Positions 23,449 to 37,576 of a stretch of DNA of 64,000 bases are shown here, piece by piece. The DNA comes from Auanema rhodensis (taxonomy: Eukaryota > Animalia > Nematoda). Under the pieces are notes generated by a model. That model was not told the origin of the DNA, searched no databases, and was given only the letters and a program-made list of their open reading frames with translations. Both the position numbers and the translations under genes were made by a program. The stretch spans positions 7,378,001-7,442,000 of the forward strand of contig OZ059894.1 of NCBI GenBank assembly GCA_964057225.1. The letters run 5' to 3'. Positions within the stretch are counted from its first letter, which is position 1. Each line of letters starts with the position of its first letter.

Positions 23449-24444
23449 AATTAAATATTATATAGTTATTTAAAAGAATTTTATAATAACAATCTAAAAT
23501 CACAATTTTTTTAATTCCACAATGATGTTTAGAAGTAGAGCTTGTATTAGAACTTTTTTTGATTTTCAAAAACTTGTGAATACTGTCGTGTCGTCGTCCT
23601 TTTCGTCAGCCATATCACTTGATTTCACACCATGAGCTATTGACTGTTCACTCAAACATCATCTGTATTTTGGAAAACAAAGTAATGATTCTGACCAAAA
23701 AAATGTGACAATCTGAGCTTAGTTAAACTACAATAGAAAAAAAATTAAACTGGAAATCAGGTTTCTGGGTGTTTGATACTGGCTACAAGAGAAATGAAAA
23801 TATTAGTTCGAGAGATAATGAGTGGTCAATCTAAAAAAAAACGAATGATGGGTAAAGGTCATCGAGAATAAACTAATAGAATACTATCCTTACAAACAAC
23901 GGAAGCGAAAATGCCAAACCGATGATAACCATATCATATAGTTAATATGCATATAGTTAACTGTCTTTATTCTTTTTAGGTCTTTCAATTTTATGATATT
24001 ATCATTATTTTATCGATTACGTTACTTATGAAACACTTGTTTCACCCTCTTTCTATTCTAACTAGCACTTTATTACTCATCATTATAAAAAGAAAAACTC
24101 ATTGAAACACATATCAGTAATCAGGAATGAAGGAATGAACTAGCGAGGACGAGGCAATACAGTGGGGGTCACTAGCAAAAGTGAAATTTAACGATTAGAT
24201 CGCAATATTAGATTGCCAAGTTCAGTGCTCACACTTGACATGTTACATGTCGTACGAGATTGGAGTAGATTGAACGAGCGATTGATGAAGACAGTGCAAT
24301 CGTTTCATAAAAATTCTTTTTTTTCTCTTTAGTTTTTACTTGTTTCATATTTATCCTATATTGGTAGTTGTTCCCTTGTAATCCTTCAATGTCATTTGAA
24401 AACGTGAAAAGAAGAAAATAGATATCGGAACCTCATCGATGATC

Positions 24445-24842
24445 AAACTCGTGAAATGGCAATCAGAAAACAAAATATGAAGGTGGAACAGCAGAATCAG
24501 TTGATAACAGATATGAAGAGGAATTGGAGGAGACAGAAAATGAGAGAAAATTGCAAAAAGAGAGGAGAGAGGCCATTGAGAGAGAGGAGAAACGAGAGAA
24601 AACATTGCTACTTCGGGCTGAGGCAGAAGAGAGTTCTTAGCAACTTTAACTGGAAAAAAACGGCACAGGCAGCATGACGATGTCGACAATGGCGAAAGAG
24701 AAGATAAATCAACCTGCGAACTCCTATGCTACTTCAGATTCAGACGAGGTTCTTAGCAAGTTTCTTTTTTTCAGAAATAAGAAGAATTTTGAGAGAGGAA
24801 AATGATAGAGGTGTTTGAAGAAATATTCAACAATGATATGCA
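24445..24842 (+). repeat. ~400-bp direct repeat, copy 2
   Basis: Matches 22248-22646. Confidence 0.92.
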
Positions 24843-27800
24843 CCAAATTTGTTAATCTACGTCAAATACAAACATAGTTAAATCTTTTTGTCCAGTACGA
24901 TACAAAAAAAATTAAAATAGACAGGAATCAACAGTATAACTTTCAAAAATAAAAGAGTTATCATAAAGACCTGGATGTACGTCGAAAGTGAATATCATTC
25001 ATAATGAAATAATCGCATTGAACGGTTGTATCTCTTACTTCTATCAATTCCTTCGTCTTCGTTTTATTTAAAAAGATATATCCTATCAGCAAATTATTAC
25101 GTAATTCTGAAGAAACGACGTCATTTTTGAAAAAAGAACACGATTAAATTTGTGAAAAAGAATTATTTTCATAATCTTTAATGTATCTGTTTTGCTTTTT
25201 TTTGTGACATGAGGTTTTGTTGTCTTTTATGCGAACAGCAAGCATGGTAAAGAAGAAAATGAGTTCGGAAGACATGCGGTTCGATTTCGGAAATTCAGTT
25301 TTCTTGATCAACTGATGTTCTGTCAGTGCTACCGCAATCTGTCTTCATCGGATGAGTGGCTAAATCGTTATAGTTGAATAAAACTTAAACGAGGAAGAAG
25401 ATGTTGAAGATAGGAAGCTAAAGATGAATGATGAGGACGACAATCGTCTTCAAAATACGGTGGTGTCACCATTTCAGCGTTTTACTACCAAAACGAGTAA
25501 ACGCAACAGCAAACATCGGAATTATCATCATGCATATACACTTGATTAGTAAATCTGATCCCTCCTGAGACCTGATGTATACAATTCACTAGTACTAAAA
25601 CAATATTCAAATTTAACAATTTTTTTCAAAACTGTTTGCATAATAAACATCAAGCAGATTTTGTTTTTATTTGTTTCCTAATGAACAAATTCACCAATAT
25701 AATTAAATATTTTATACATTACGTACTAGGATTTATTAAAACTTTAAATTTAAACACAAATGTCTTTTCTTCTTTTTCTTCTTCTTCTTTAGACTACTAC
25801 AGAACCCTACACTTCAGTCTGTTAATTATAATTGTTTGATCCTAATATCATAACGTAGTTCTCTTCTGATTAAATATAGACAATTTAAGAGTTGCCTCTC
25901 CCTATCTCTTTTCCTTCTCTTTTACCTCCACCTCATGTCCTGCAATCAATCGTCCCTCAAACGGCGGAATCGACATTATCAGATTATCGTGTGAGGACAT
26001 TCGGGGGCTGTAAGAGACGGGTGAGGAAGTAGAGGAACAAGGAGAAACGATAGTTTAGACGGTTGTCCAGACCCTAAATATCTTCATACTATTTTCCTCT
26101 AGCCTCACTAACAACTCAACCAACTTCATTCTTGCCCATTTATACCTGTCTTACGTTACAACTCATGTAATTTCCCAATAGTAAGTTTCCAAAGACATGT
26201 GATGTAGATGTTTAAAGTCTCAGTAAACACATCTGACCTTTTGCTGATTAGTTTACATACAATGAAAGAAGAAAATATTCTCATTTTACCTGAAATTATT
26301 ATTTGTGCATGATAAGTGATGAACAAGAAATAGCTGGCCACAAGAATTGATGTTGAATAGACATCCGACATCATGTTAGAATGCAAAATATATCTCCGAT
26401 GCAATGAGTTGACTCTTTAAATCACACAAACTAACGTTTTCAATTATTTTGCTTCCATATTGCCTCGGATCTGGCTTTGTGACTGACCATATCATGCCGA
26501 CAGTTCCAACGCTAAAATCAAAAACCTCTGCTTAATATTCCATTTTTTCACACCATTTGTGATCCATTGGCCGACATAGTTATACACATGAAACCACAAG
26601 CCGTATAGGGCTCATATACATATAGCCAATTGATATTCTCACGATTTAACAAAAAGATGTGACGATAGATGAACAAAATCATGAGACAGTTAGAAAGGAA
26701 ATGGTATATGTGTATATGTATGTAGTATATGATATCTATCCTTATTCATTCTATTCCAATCCACCTCATTCTCCTCCTTTTTTTCTTTTCCCCCTTCTTC
26801 TGTTCTCCTCATCTTCCTTTTGTTCTCTGTCTAAAGTGATGCAAGTTGTAGTCGGTTCAACTGATATGATGCCCTGGACGACCTCTCATGGACCTCGGCG
26901 ACATCTTCATATACGCCTCCGCTCCTCCCCCGTTCTTCCCCCTCCTGGAATCATTTACTCAATTTGTTCATCCATTGTCGTCTCATTCATTGTTATATGT
27001 ATATATTTCTAAGTCATATCAATATCTCAATTGATTCTTTTTTGATTGTTTCAGTTCCAATACAGTTCTTCCTCTTGCATTGTCTACATTCATTCTCAGA
27101 TGTCTGCAACTTGTAATCACTATAACCCAAGTATATCTTCTCCTTCTTGTCTTGCATAGGTTGCTTTTCAATCCTTATTCTACTCTACTACTATACCACT
27201 TTGGTAATCCGTCTACTGCTTTATAGTCTCCACCCCCGCTTTATCATCATCATTACTTCGTTCTCTTTTCCTCGAATATGGTGTCAAGCCATCGCTGAAT
27301 GTTTATGTGTTGCCTTTATTGACTATCATAGATGTATCTGTGGGGAGAACCTCCCTTTAATCACTTTTTCTTCTTTTGTTTTCAAAGTCCTTTCCATACA
27401 ATTAATGTCATACTTATCCTTTTCTGCTACCCCCCTCTTTTTCCTACCAAATCAACTGCGAGATTCAGCACGAATTTGCGCCTATTAAGATCTTCCGGCC
27501 AACTTTTTTCTTAATCTCTCTTTCTTTTTCATTTCTTCTCTTTCTCTCTCGTTATTTTTCTATCATTCCCTCTTTCTTTCTCTACCATTTCTCCATACTT
27601 GTTCTCGTTTCTCTATCATTCCTCATTCATAGTTTACTATGCCAACGCTTCATATACTTATAGAAATATTTTTGATTGCCGTCGACTGTTAAGGTAACTG
27701 ATAGTAAATCTCTCTATTTCTCCTTCTCTCTCTTCTTTTTTTTGTCTCTCTCATTTCTTTGCCATGGTTCTCCAATCAACGATTGCTAAAGTACTTCTCC

Positions 27801-29598
27801 TTCGCCTTCTGATTGATAATAGGTTGTCATTACATTGATCGCCCAGCTCGCTGATTTATTTTCTCGACCCTTTCCCTCTCTCTCCTTCTCTTCTAGTCTC
27901 TATGGATTTAACACTATTTTTCTTCTAATTCTATCATTTCATACACTTCCCTTTCTCTCTATATATACAATGTCCTCCTTATTAGGCAAGGAGAAACAAA
28001 ATTCCTCTTTTCTCTTCTTCACCCATATCACTGGAGGACCTTTTCCCTTCGTAATTCATCTAACCAACCTAACCTTTTTGCAAGTCCCCCACTCATACAA
28101 TCACATATCACCATCTCGTTCAAAACTTCGGACCCGATCCAGCTTCGTTTCCTCGTTCCTGTGCCCCCACCACCCCTATTCTCTTTCCTTCCCCCGTCTC
28201 TCCCTATCCTTTTGCGTGAAAAAGGGAATTGACTCGTTTTGTTCTACCGTAGTCAGTTCCTTACACCAACTATCACCCTCTCTCTCTTTACCATCATCAG
28301 CAACCACACAACCCCTCTCTTTCTCTCTATCTCTCTTTTCGCCCCAAACCAGCATTTGTTGTCTTTTTGACTCGCCCCGACTACAGTAACCGGAATGCTT
28401 GGGGCTGTGCTGCTGGTGCTTTGGAAAAGAGGGGCCTGACTGACTGATAGTCAGACTGACTGAGGAAGCTATATTATCATCACGATCGACTATACAAAGA
28501 CTATCTATTAACTTTCAATATTTTGTCAACACATATAGACGTAAACGATAATACATTGCAAATGGCACGCTCACTTTTAAAGCTTCACCGTCTAGGTTGC
28601 CTACGAAAATACAATTCTGCCTCTCTCCTCACAAAGTCTGGAGGTGGATATATAAAAAGCTGATAAAATATGTATGCAATCATAGAGGATAATCGTCATT
28701 CATGTTCATTTGTACACAAGTGGGTATGAACCGCAATCATCAAGTTATCAGCTTCATATACATTTCGCTAATACACTGCCAACATCCTACCAAAATCTTA
28801 GTTAAATCAAATTCTTCAGAGCCGTGTATATAGATACGTCTTGACGTTTAGAATTATCATAACGTAGACGTGTCTAATAGAAGATTTTTGATTTTTTTGG
28901 TTCATTTATAGTCTGAAGTCTTTGACATATTTCTGTTGACTTAATATCTGCTATATGATGTCGTCACAGTGTTAGTGAATATATAAATTGCTTCTTCTTC
29001 TTTTTTACTGATACTGCATTGCCCAATACATAGTAACAGAATTCCAGTCACGTCCTAGTATTGTCATTGTCGACGACGTTGACATCGTCGTTGTCATCGA
29101 CGACGACGACGACGAAGGCATCTCATCATTGCATTGTCGTGTTCCTGTATCACTTTCTCAGTATACAGAAGAGTGCAAACAAGGTGTTTGATACTAGCCA
29201 AACTAAGTCATCTTCTATCTTAAGAGCTTCGGGTACAACCCAGCAACAACTAGAGATTCAGGGCAGCATGAAAACGTGGAACTATTATAAGAGTAAATGA
29301 GAGAAACAAGAAGCAGAGGGAGGGCTTGAAATGGATGAGAAAAAAGAAAAATAGAAAAAGACACTTTGAGAAAGAGTGAGAAAGAGGCCTACGGAGGAAA
29401 CAGGAAGACAATTCTTTCAATAGCATATGAAAGCTATCTGTAGATAGTGACTTTTCTCTTGATCTGACAAAAAAAGGAAAAGGTAATACAAAAAGAAAAA
29501 AGATAGACTCATATTTTATGTTTTTGCGGTAATTTGTGTGTATGTGTATTACTGATTGCTGAATTATTTCTTTCTCTTTCTATCGAGTTTTCTCTATG

Positions 29599-29601
<3 letters not shown>

Positions 29602-29648
<47 letters not shown>
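29602..29648. repeat. (CT)n microsatellite
   Basis: Direct reading; explains the SLSLSL ORFs. Confidence 0.95.
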
Positions 29649-29652
<4 letters not shown>

Positions 29653-32282
29653 CTTTCTCTCTCTTTTTCACTCTACTTCACAATCTTTCCCCTTTCTCTC
29701 TATTTTTGTCTTTCTCTATTTCCCTCTTTCTCTTTTTCCTCATATACTAAATTGACAACTATACAATGATTGCTCTCCTTCTTTTGTATATGAAAAGAGA
29801 TGGATTTTGGATCAATTTGTCTTGGTATTACCCAAAGAATGATAGACCAAATATAGAGAAAAGATAGAAACTAATGAGAGAAGGAAAAGAGAGAAAGAAA
29901 GATCAGTTTCATTGTTGGATTTTCTAATGCTTGATACCCAGACCAACCAGCGTTCGACCGTCTCCTCGTTTCTGTATTCTTTCTAACCTATCTCCCCACC
30001 TCTATTTCGCCAATTTCTCTCTTTATCTGTCTATCTCTCATCTTTTCATTCCCCTATCTGTGATGATAACGGCTACTGATGATTATGGTGATGATGGAGA
30101 GGGGGGGGGGGGGTTGAGAGGTGGAGTTAACATCTCCATAACCCTCTCTATTTCGTTTTCTGTTTCTCTTCTATTCTCTTTAAGCAATTAATATCTTATT
30201 CTTCTAACTGATATTCTTGTCTCTTCTTTCTAATTCCTCCTTACCTTCCTTACCTCTTTCTTATTCGTCTCAGGTCTTCATATCTTTTCTCCTTTCCTTC
30301 CCCCTCTCCCTCTCTTTCTCTATCATATATATATCACACTCTCTATATTCGTTTATTTCTATCTAACAGTCTGCAACCAAATTTTGAATTCTCTTCAAGC
30401 TTTTCTGTTATGGTTGTTGATTAGACGGATGTTGATGAAAAAATTCAATCTTTTCTAGTTTAAGGGAAGCTACTTTATGAAATTTATATTGTTCCAATTA
30501 AAGCAATAAAATATTCATTTTTTCTGCAAATTTTTGACTTCATTCCCAAAAAAGCTTTTCTCATGCCTCTTACCCTATCTTGTCATCGCCAGTATCTATC
30601 ACTCCCTCTTGTTCTACATATCTCTTACAGTCTCTAAATTTCTTTTTTTCATCAAATTCTGCAAATGACGACAAAAAAGAAAATAAGGAGGATGGGTGAT
30701 GGATAGACAAGACTCATCGATTTCGCTCATTACACACCTATAGATGATTGTGAGAGGGTGGGGGGGGGCGTGGGGTGAGTAGAAGGTTAGGGAGTAGAAA
30801 CTGTTCTATCGTCTAACAGTCTCTACAGTGTGTAAAAGAGGAGAAAACGAGGACTGCCAAAGTTGGAATGAACAACCAACCTGAAATGGTTGAGGAATAC
30901 TCTGATGATCATCGTCGTCATCAGCACTGTCTACATTGCTAGTGCTGTTGACATTGCTTTTGTTGTCATTTTAATCAGTAGCTATTTGAGCCAACTTACA
31001 ATATTATCTGCAAGTTGTTCTAATTACAATAACATGTTTTGCTCTTTTTCTCTATTCTTATGAATTATCCGTTAACCGTTTCTTCCTTCCATCCCTCGTT
31101 GAAACTATTTGTTCATATTACCTCTTTCTGTCGTGAGTCTCAGTTTCGTTTCGAGATTTTTTTCCTCATTGGCCATGTTGTCAATTTCAAGTCCATCAGT
31201 ACTCCGATTTACCCTTCTTCACATCTTCCACTGCCCACTCCTCGCTTGTCGACAGTCTACCGTCTGTCAGCAACTTGTCGCCACGTTTCCACGTCTGAAC
31301 CTCATATCTACTTCTCTCCATTCTTGTTCTCCCTTCTCCTCTTTCTCTACCCAGTGATATCGGGCATATTCGTCTTCTCGTTGGGTCGACCACCAAAGCA
31401 ACGACAACGTCGACGTTGTCGTTGTTGAAGTCGCTGTGGTCTAGTCTCGTTCTCTTTCCATCTCGTCAGATTCGCCTCAAGATCATTCACCTCCGGATAG
31501 ATTATGTATCATATAACTTGAAACCTATTTGTCTAATTTAAGAATCTGAAAACTACAACTATTCTTTTTCTCCTTTCTGACAAAAAAAATTCTATCGTAG
31601 TTTGATCATCTTGTACATTTATTTATTTTCTTACTCTGATCGCTGACAGATAAATGTTAGTTTTCAGTTCCAGTTCAAACAATATTCAGCTTTTTTTGAA
31701 AAAAAAATAGTATATTTATCTAATCATCATAAGAATATTTTTGCTAACTATATACTGCATAAATTTCAGGCTATATTTCTAAGTTCAAGATTTGTAAATG
31801 ACTATATCGAATTGATAATCATCCAGCAGAAAAGTTTTTTCACTTCACTTTTATTTTCTGAAATTCATAGTAAATATAATTGTATTATCTAAACTTGAGT
31901 GACAGATGATATGTGGCCCAATTAACTCGTTCCTCACCGTTTTTATAGATATTTCATTCTGTTTTCGGTTTTTTCGCCTATCTTGTCACCGAAAAAGGCC
32001 ATGATGATGCCCACCCACCCCCTCTTCTTTTCCCCTCCTGTTCATATACGCTACTCATCTATCTGAGGTCACTAGGGTCAGACAGCCATATCGTAGACGT
32101 TCAGACGAACTGATAAATGGCAAAATTCAGAATAATTTACTGTCCAGTTCATCAATGAGTTTTTAGATTTGTATTCTTATAACTGATTTGTGTATCCTTG
32201 TATACTGTCTCCAATTACCTAATACTAAATCTGATTAGTATATTCCTATCACGTATGATTATTGATGTTACTGATTATATAC

Positions 32283-32283
<1 letters not shown>

Positions 32284-32316
<33 letters not shown>
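32284..32316. repeat. (TA)n microsatellite
   Basis: Direct reading. Confidence 0.95.
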
Positions 32317-32318
<2 letters not shown>

Positions 32319-34436
32319 TTAACATATCGAGATTTATTATGTTACTCAAACTTTATTTGATAAAGTTCATATGCTCTTGTTAGCATATGATTTTCACGTG
32401 ATCCACGTGAAATACTAATTTTCATTTTTTGGAACGTTGACGCACGGGACAGTTAGTTCTCTTTTAACATCATTCTTTTTCTATATTTTCTATTCTCTAC
32501 ATTTCTACTTCTCTCTTTCTCTATCATTCTCTTTCTCTTTATACAAAAGTTTTTCTCGTCTATCTTTCAATATGTTTCTTATGCCTCTTTCATTCACATT
32601 TTCCTTTTTCTTTCCCTAGTTTTCATTCACCCTCAATTGTTCTTTCCTTCGTCCTTTCTATCAGTTTCTCCTTAATTTTTTAGTCCAAATTTTAACTCGT
32701 ATCTCCTCTGATTTCCCGCGAAGAGTGAAGTGATTATTATCACTAATGCTTCAATGGTAAATGTACTGATTTATAACTCTTTGATTATGTTTTGCTTTAT
32801 TTCATTTACATTAAGCTTTAACCTTCTCTCATTATATCCTGAAATTATTATATGTTGTAGCCAATTTTCTTCTGTTCTGCCATATAAGGACAAAGACAAA
32901 AAAGTCCAAATATACTGGACTGGTTAAGATGATTGTGACTGGCTGACTTGTCTCCTTTCTAGTAGTGGGAGGGGAGAAAGAGAGTCTGAGAACTAATCAG
33001 CAAGGTCGACTTCATCAGCTCTTGCAGCCATCAGTTTCACGTGAGACGATGCGGAACCTCCTTCATATCACTATGAGATGTTTGATAGATATTTGACCTC
33101 TCATCAAGCACAATTAGTCTAATAGTTCAATGTTTCATTAACTTTTCTGAAATTCAGTTAAAATGATTTGAGGAATACATATCGAAATTGAAATCATTCG
33201 TTCTCGTCACGCGGATATGATCTGTAGAGAAGGTGAATACGTAGTCTATAACCTGGCCGAACACAGAGGAAATTTGTTAGGCCTATTTGCCCTCGATGAA
33301 CTTTGATACATTGCGATTTTCACAAAAGAAAAGTTTTAAACAAAAAAAAAAAGCTGCTAGTTATGAAAAATAAAACTGTCCTCTGCGAACCATTAATGAG
33401 ATATACGGTAGGTATATCAGATAATTACATAGAAAAGCATCTAAATGTGAAGCTCATCCAAGTTTCCATTCTTACCTTTTTGCCCTTTTCTCCTTATTTC
33501 GCGTTTCTTCCAAGTACTCTATCGTCTGCCTCTTACGGTTTGAACCTCTCTGGTTTATATGGCGACACAAATTGACTGCTGTTAGGGCTGCTGGTAATTT
33601 TCCTAGCTGGCTAGTGGCATTTGGTTGTCCTTTCCTTATCTTATCACTTATATAAGAGAAAGAAGTGATAGACATAGACATCAAGAGACTAACGAGAACT
33701 GAGAATCTAAGAGAGAGAAAAAGAATAGAGATAATATAAGGAGTGACAGTATTGAGAACTAAGTAAGAGAGAGTCATCAGTTAAGGGGAAGAGAGAATAG
33801 GAGAAAAAGATTACCTTTGCCTCATACTTATAGCGAAGCCAATGTGTCTAAATACAGTTCAAATTGAATAGAGATGGCAGAGAAGAAAAGAATATTAACG
33901 GAGAGAGAAAGAGTCTCGAGACTACGAAGGTGGAGGTAAAGAGGAGACAAGGCAGCCTCTACTGTCTCCTCCTCAACCTCCCGCTTTCCGTGAGCTCCTC
34001 AATTTGATTTTATGGAGAGAACATCGTTAAATTTGTAACTATTGCCTCGAAATACTTGTCTTGCTAACTTCATCACTTCATCTTTTTTTAAAATCACTAA
34101 CTTCCTCACTCTAGCTTTCACTGTTCTTCTCCTGTTGTTGCACTAAGAATTCGCATCAGCGCTACATCTCGTTCTCAATAGTTGATGTTGTTCATACCAT
34201 CATGATTTTCAACGTCTTCCGCATATTTATCTTAGTACTGATTGTCATCAATGACTACGGTTTAACCAAGTTGTCAGCCCTCAGTTTCAAGTTCGTTATG
34301 TGGGGCTTTTACTAACTATACTGCTGCTGTCTTGCAAAAAGATATGCTATTTGAGAATATTTCTCTGCGTTAATGACCGTTTTTTCTAACAAAAATGTTC
34401 AAAGTGATTTGTCATTTTCTATCCATTTACAGCTTC

Positions 34437-34460
34437 TGATGAAGATGATGATGTTGTTGT

Positions 34461-34497
<37 letters not shown>
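34437..34497. repeat. (GAT)n/(GTT)n compound microsatellite
   Basis: Direct reading; explains the poly-Met ORF. Confidence 0.9.
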
Positions 34498-35717
34498 CTC
34501 GTTTTCATTTATTTTCTTTGGCCTCTATAGAAACTGTTCTCTGCTAGTCGACATGCTTTTATCGTTTTGATCTCAAGATGACATTACACGTAGTCAATCG
34601 ACCCTCATAATGTTGAGGAGGAGCAGACAGTGAATTAGACATGATCAAAGATGTTCCCTCAAATTTGAAAGATGAATATACGTGTATCATCTTCCTTAAA
34701 ATCAATGAAATACCATGTCAAACATCAGAGGGATATATTTTAATTTTTCAAGGAAGTGTCATATTTGAGTTACCTCCATATTGAGAGCCAAGAACAAAAT
34801 GAAGAATGAGTATGACTACAATTGGTCCTCGCTCTTCATGCCTGTTCATATCTCTTAGCTTTCTTGTTCTCTCATTTGATAATACCTGTCTCTCTCTCCC
34901 CTCCTTCTCTTTTGACTTTGTGTCCCTTGTGCACTTTTTATCAAGAATTTTTTTCTGCAGAAAATGTTTCATTGAAGAACAGAAGCTGCCGAAAAGTTGA
35001 AACTAATATTTCTGATACTGCGCGTGAACACTGAATAGATACAAGAACAAGCTAACAGCCTGCTTCTATATCTAATTTCCAGACATTTTGCTTAACGTCG
35101 GCTGGGATGTAGTTAGAGACAAAGAAGCTTATGCTACCTCAAGCTCAACCATAATCCCGGCTTCGATACTTCATTTTATTATATTAGTTTCTTCCCTTTT
35201 CGACCTTATTTTCTAATCCTCATTCCTTTACTATGCCTCACAAGCCATTCACTACAAACATTTTTCTATTAGTCCTTCATCCTACATCCCTCTTCCACTA
35301 GTCATGACATTCAGAGAATGAAGTCGTTGGCTGAATCTTCTAAACGGAGGTCGTTTTTCTATTTCACCGTATCTACATTCCTTTTTCCCGAAAATCGATA
35401 CCGATCTACGTGCTGCCGTTTAATATTGAACTTATCGACTGCTTCTTCCGACACTCCATGTTTCTTGACTCTCTATCTATTGAATGGTTCATCAGTTTGC
35501 CCTTAAGTTGAATCTTCTTTATTATGCTTTTATCACTCGTTTCACTCTCTCTTTCTTGCTTCATATTGCATTTTCACTCTTTCCGTTTTTTTTGCTTCAA
35601 TTTAACTTTGCCTAGCTCTAATCTTCTACTTTTACTAAATATTTTCATTTTAGCATCAAATCCAAAGTCCCGCTCGTCGGACTGTAGACGTTGAGGTAGA
35701 AGACTTATTCACTAGTT

Positions 35718-37192
35718 ATGGAAGATCAGCACGAGTTTGGAGACGTGGCGACTGCTTCTCTACTTACCTCAATGACTTCGTCTGACCGATCTCCCAATGG
35801 CAGCGTTCTGCTATCCACATCAGCCAGCCTTCTTGAAGCTGAGCCATCATCATCATCCGGTTTTAGTAGCAGCAGCAGCTGTATGAGCGGTGGTAGCACC
35901 ACATCCGATGTGACGACAAGCACGCCATCAGAAAATTCCACAACATCCTCGACAGACGACGACGATTACTTTGCCCGCTTTATGCAGAACAATCAGCAAT
36001 TGATCTCACAGCTGATGTTACCGCAACGTCGGAAAAGAAGATCGTTAGCAGAAACAGTAGAGATTTTGAAACAGAAACGAAAAGAAGAATCACCGTCAGA
36101 TGAAATTCTTGATCTATCTAACATCATTATGCAAAAAACAGAATTAATTACAATTAATTTTGGACAAGAGCCCAAAGAAATTGTAGAAGATAGCGAACGT
36201 CAAAAAAAGGGTTCACCTCGCCAAAACGTGTAAGTCTTCAATTTTTCACATCTTTAGCATAAATGAGCTTTTTAAGCAAAAAATTCTAAAACGTGTTCTA
36301 ATCCTGGTTCATGTAATTATTTTCAGAGATGACGATGAGAAGAAGTTTACCTGCACCATTTGCCAAAAAAGATTTGCTAATAAATTTCTTTTAAATAAAC
36401 ATATTTTTATTCATACCGGTCTCCGACCTCACAAATGTCCAGATTGTTGCAAGGTGAGTAATAGCATCAAATGTGAAAGGTTTTCAAGCTTTTATTTCCT
36501 AACTTGATCAAAATATAAATATCGAGAACAATATCATATTGTTACTTTTTTCCTCTTCATGATATCTATGTAATTGGCTGTTGACACGGAAAACTACATA
36601 TAAAAATTGTCTAATGACCTTGCGCGCAAAGTCTAGTCAAAGATGATTTACACTTGAAAGACAAACACAAAGAACTAATCGTATTGCAAGAAAAATTAAT
36701 TATCATTATTCTAAATGTAATAACAATTCATTATTACACCTTTTATCATCTATTGTACCAATTCTCATTTTGCTGTTTCAGAGCTTTAACCGTAAAGACA
36801 ATCTTTTGCGACATCGTAAGACGCATGCTTTGAGGAAATCCAGTGGTAAGTTTGTTGAAATTTTGAGTTTCTCAAACAAAGTTACAATTATTCGCTTTTC
36901 ATACATTCAAAATTAAAACTCGTACTGTAGAATCTAAATTTTACTGATTTCAATCATTTTACAGGATCATCCAATAGTGCGTTACTGAGTCAAACTGACT
37001 GTACTGATGGTGAGTCAATTTTATTACTTTCATTTGAAAATTCCCAAAAATTATTTCTTAGAAGTTCAATTTTTTTTACAAACTTCTACATTTCTATATT
37101 GCTTCATTTTTATAAATTTGTTTTCAGATCTCGTAGCAGCAATGAAAAACGGTTATGTACAGGCTGCTGAATTATTTGCCAAATTCACTTAG
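35718..37192 (+). CDS. C2H2 zinc-finger transcription factor (2 fingers, Ser/Thr-rich N-terminus), 5 coding exons
   Basis: Exons 35718-36229, 36327-36453, 36782-36845, 36965-37009 and 37129-37192. Fingers FTCTICQKRFANKFLLNKHIFIH-TGLRPH-KCPDCCKSFNRKDNLLRHRKTH; basic patch PQRRKRR. An acceptor TTTTAG ending at 35653 precedes the ATG, implying trans-splicing or an upstream exon. Confidence 0.9.
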
Positions 37193-37504
37193 AATCACGA
37201 GCACGACCTCAATTTCTTTCTCTTAATTATCAATTTGTTATTTCACCTTTTGATATGTACAGGTGATTTTCTCATAATAATTTCATAATTTTAATGGAAT
37301 ATTTTAATGTTAGTAGATTTGTTTTATTGATTGCTCAATCCTCTCTGTATATAAGAGCGGGGGGAATAGATAATAAAAGATTTTCTATCAAAAAAAATAT
37401 TTATTGATATATTAAAGACTTAAACAAAAAATATTCACTTATGATAGTGACCAACTAGAATCAGAAAAAAACTTTTAAATTACTTTTCTGACAACAAAGC
37501 AAAA

Positions 37505-37576
37505 CGCAGTATGTTCTAGGGGTATGTTTCTCGCTTTCAGGGCGATAGGTCCTGGGTTCAGATCCCCATTCGGTCC
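37505..37576 (+). pseudogene. Degenerate tRNA-Pro pseudogene
   Basis: CGCAGTATGTTCTAGGGGTATGTTTCTCGCTTTCAGGGCGATAGGTCCTGGGTTCAGATCCCCATTCGGTCC aligns to the array tRNA. Stems and anticodon are damaged; the array-type 3' trailer is retained. Confidence 0.8.

Noticed and set aside
24158-24185. TA-CAGTGGGGGTC, a Tc1-like terminus
   Set aside because: No matching inverted partner found in the window.
33578-33620. Short G:U-rich hairpin, possible pre-miRNA
   Set aside because: Stem too short and imperfect; no recognisable mature miRNA.
26659-35506. Phe/Ser/Leu-rich ORFs (for example 27835-28389, 29534-29755, 31039-31428, 34373-34570)
   Set aside because: Products of CT-rich and microsatellite DNA that lacks stop codons; most start at non-ATG codons.
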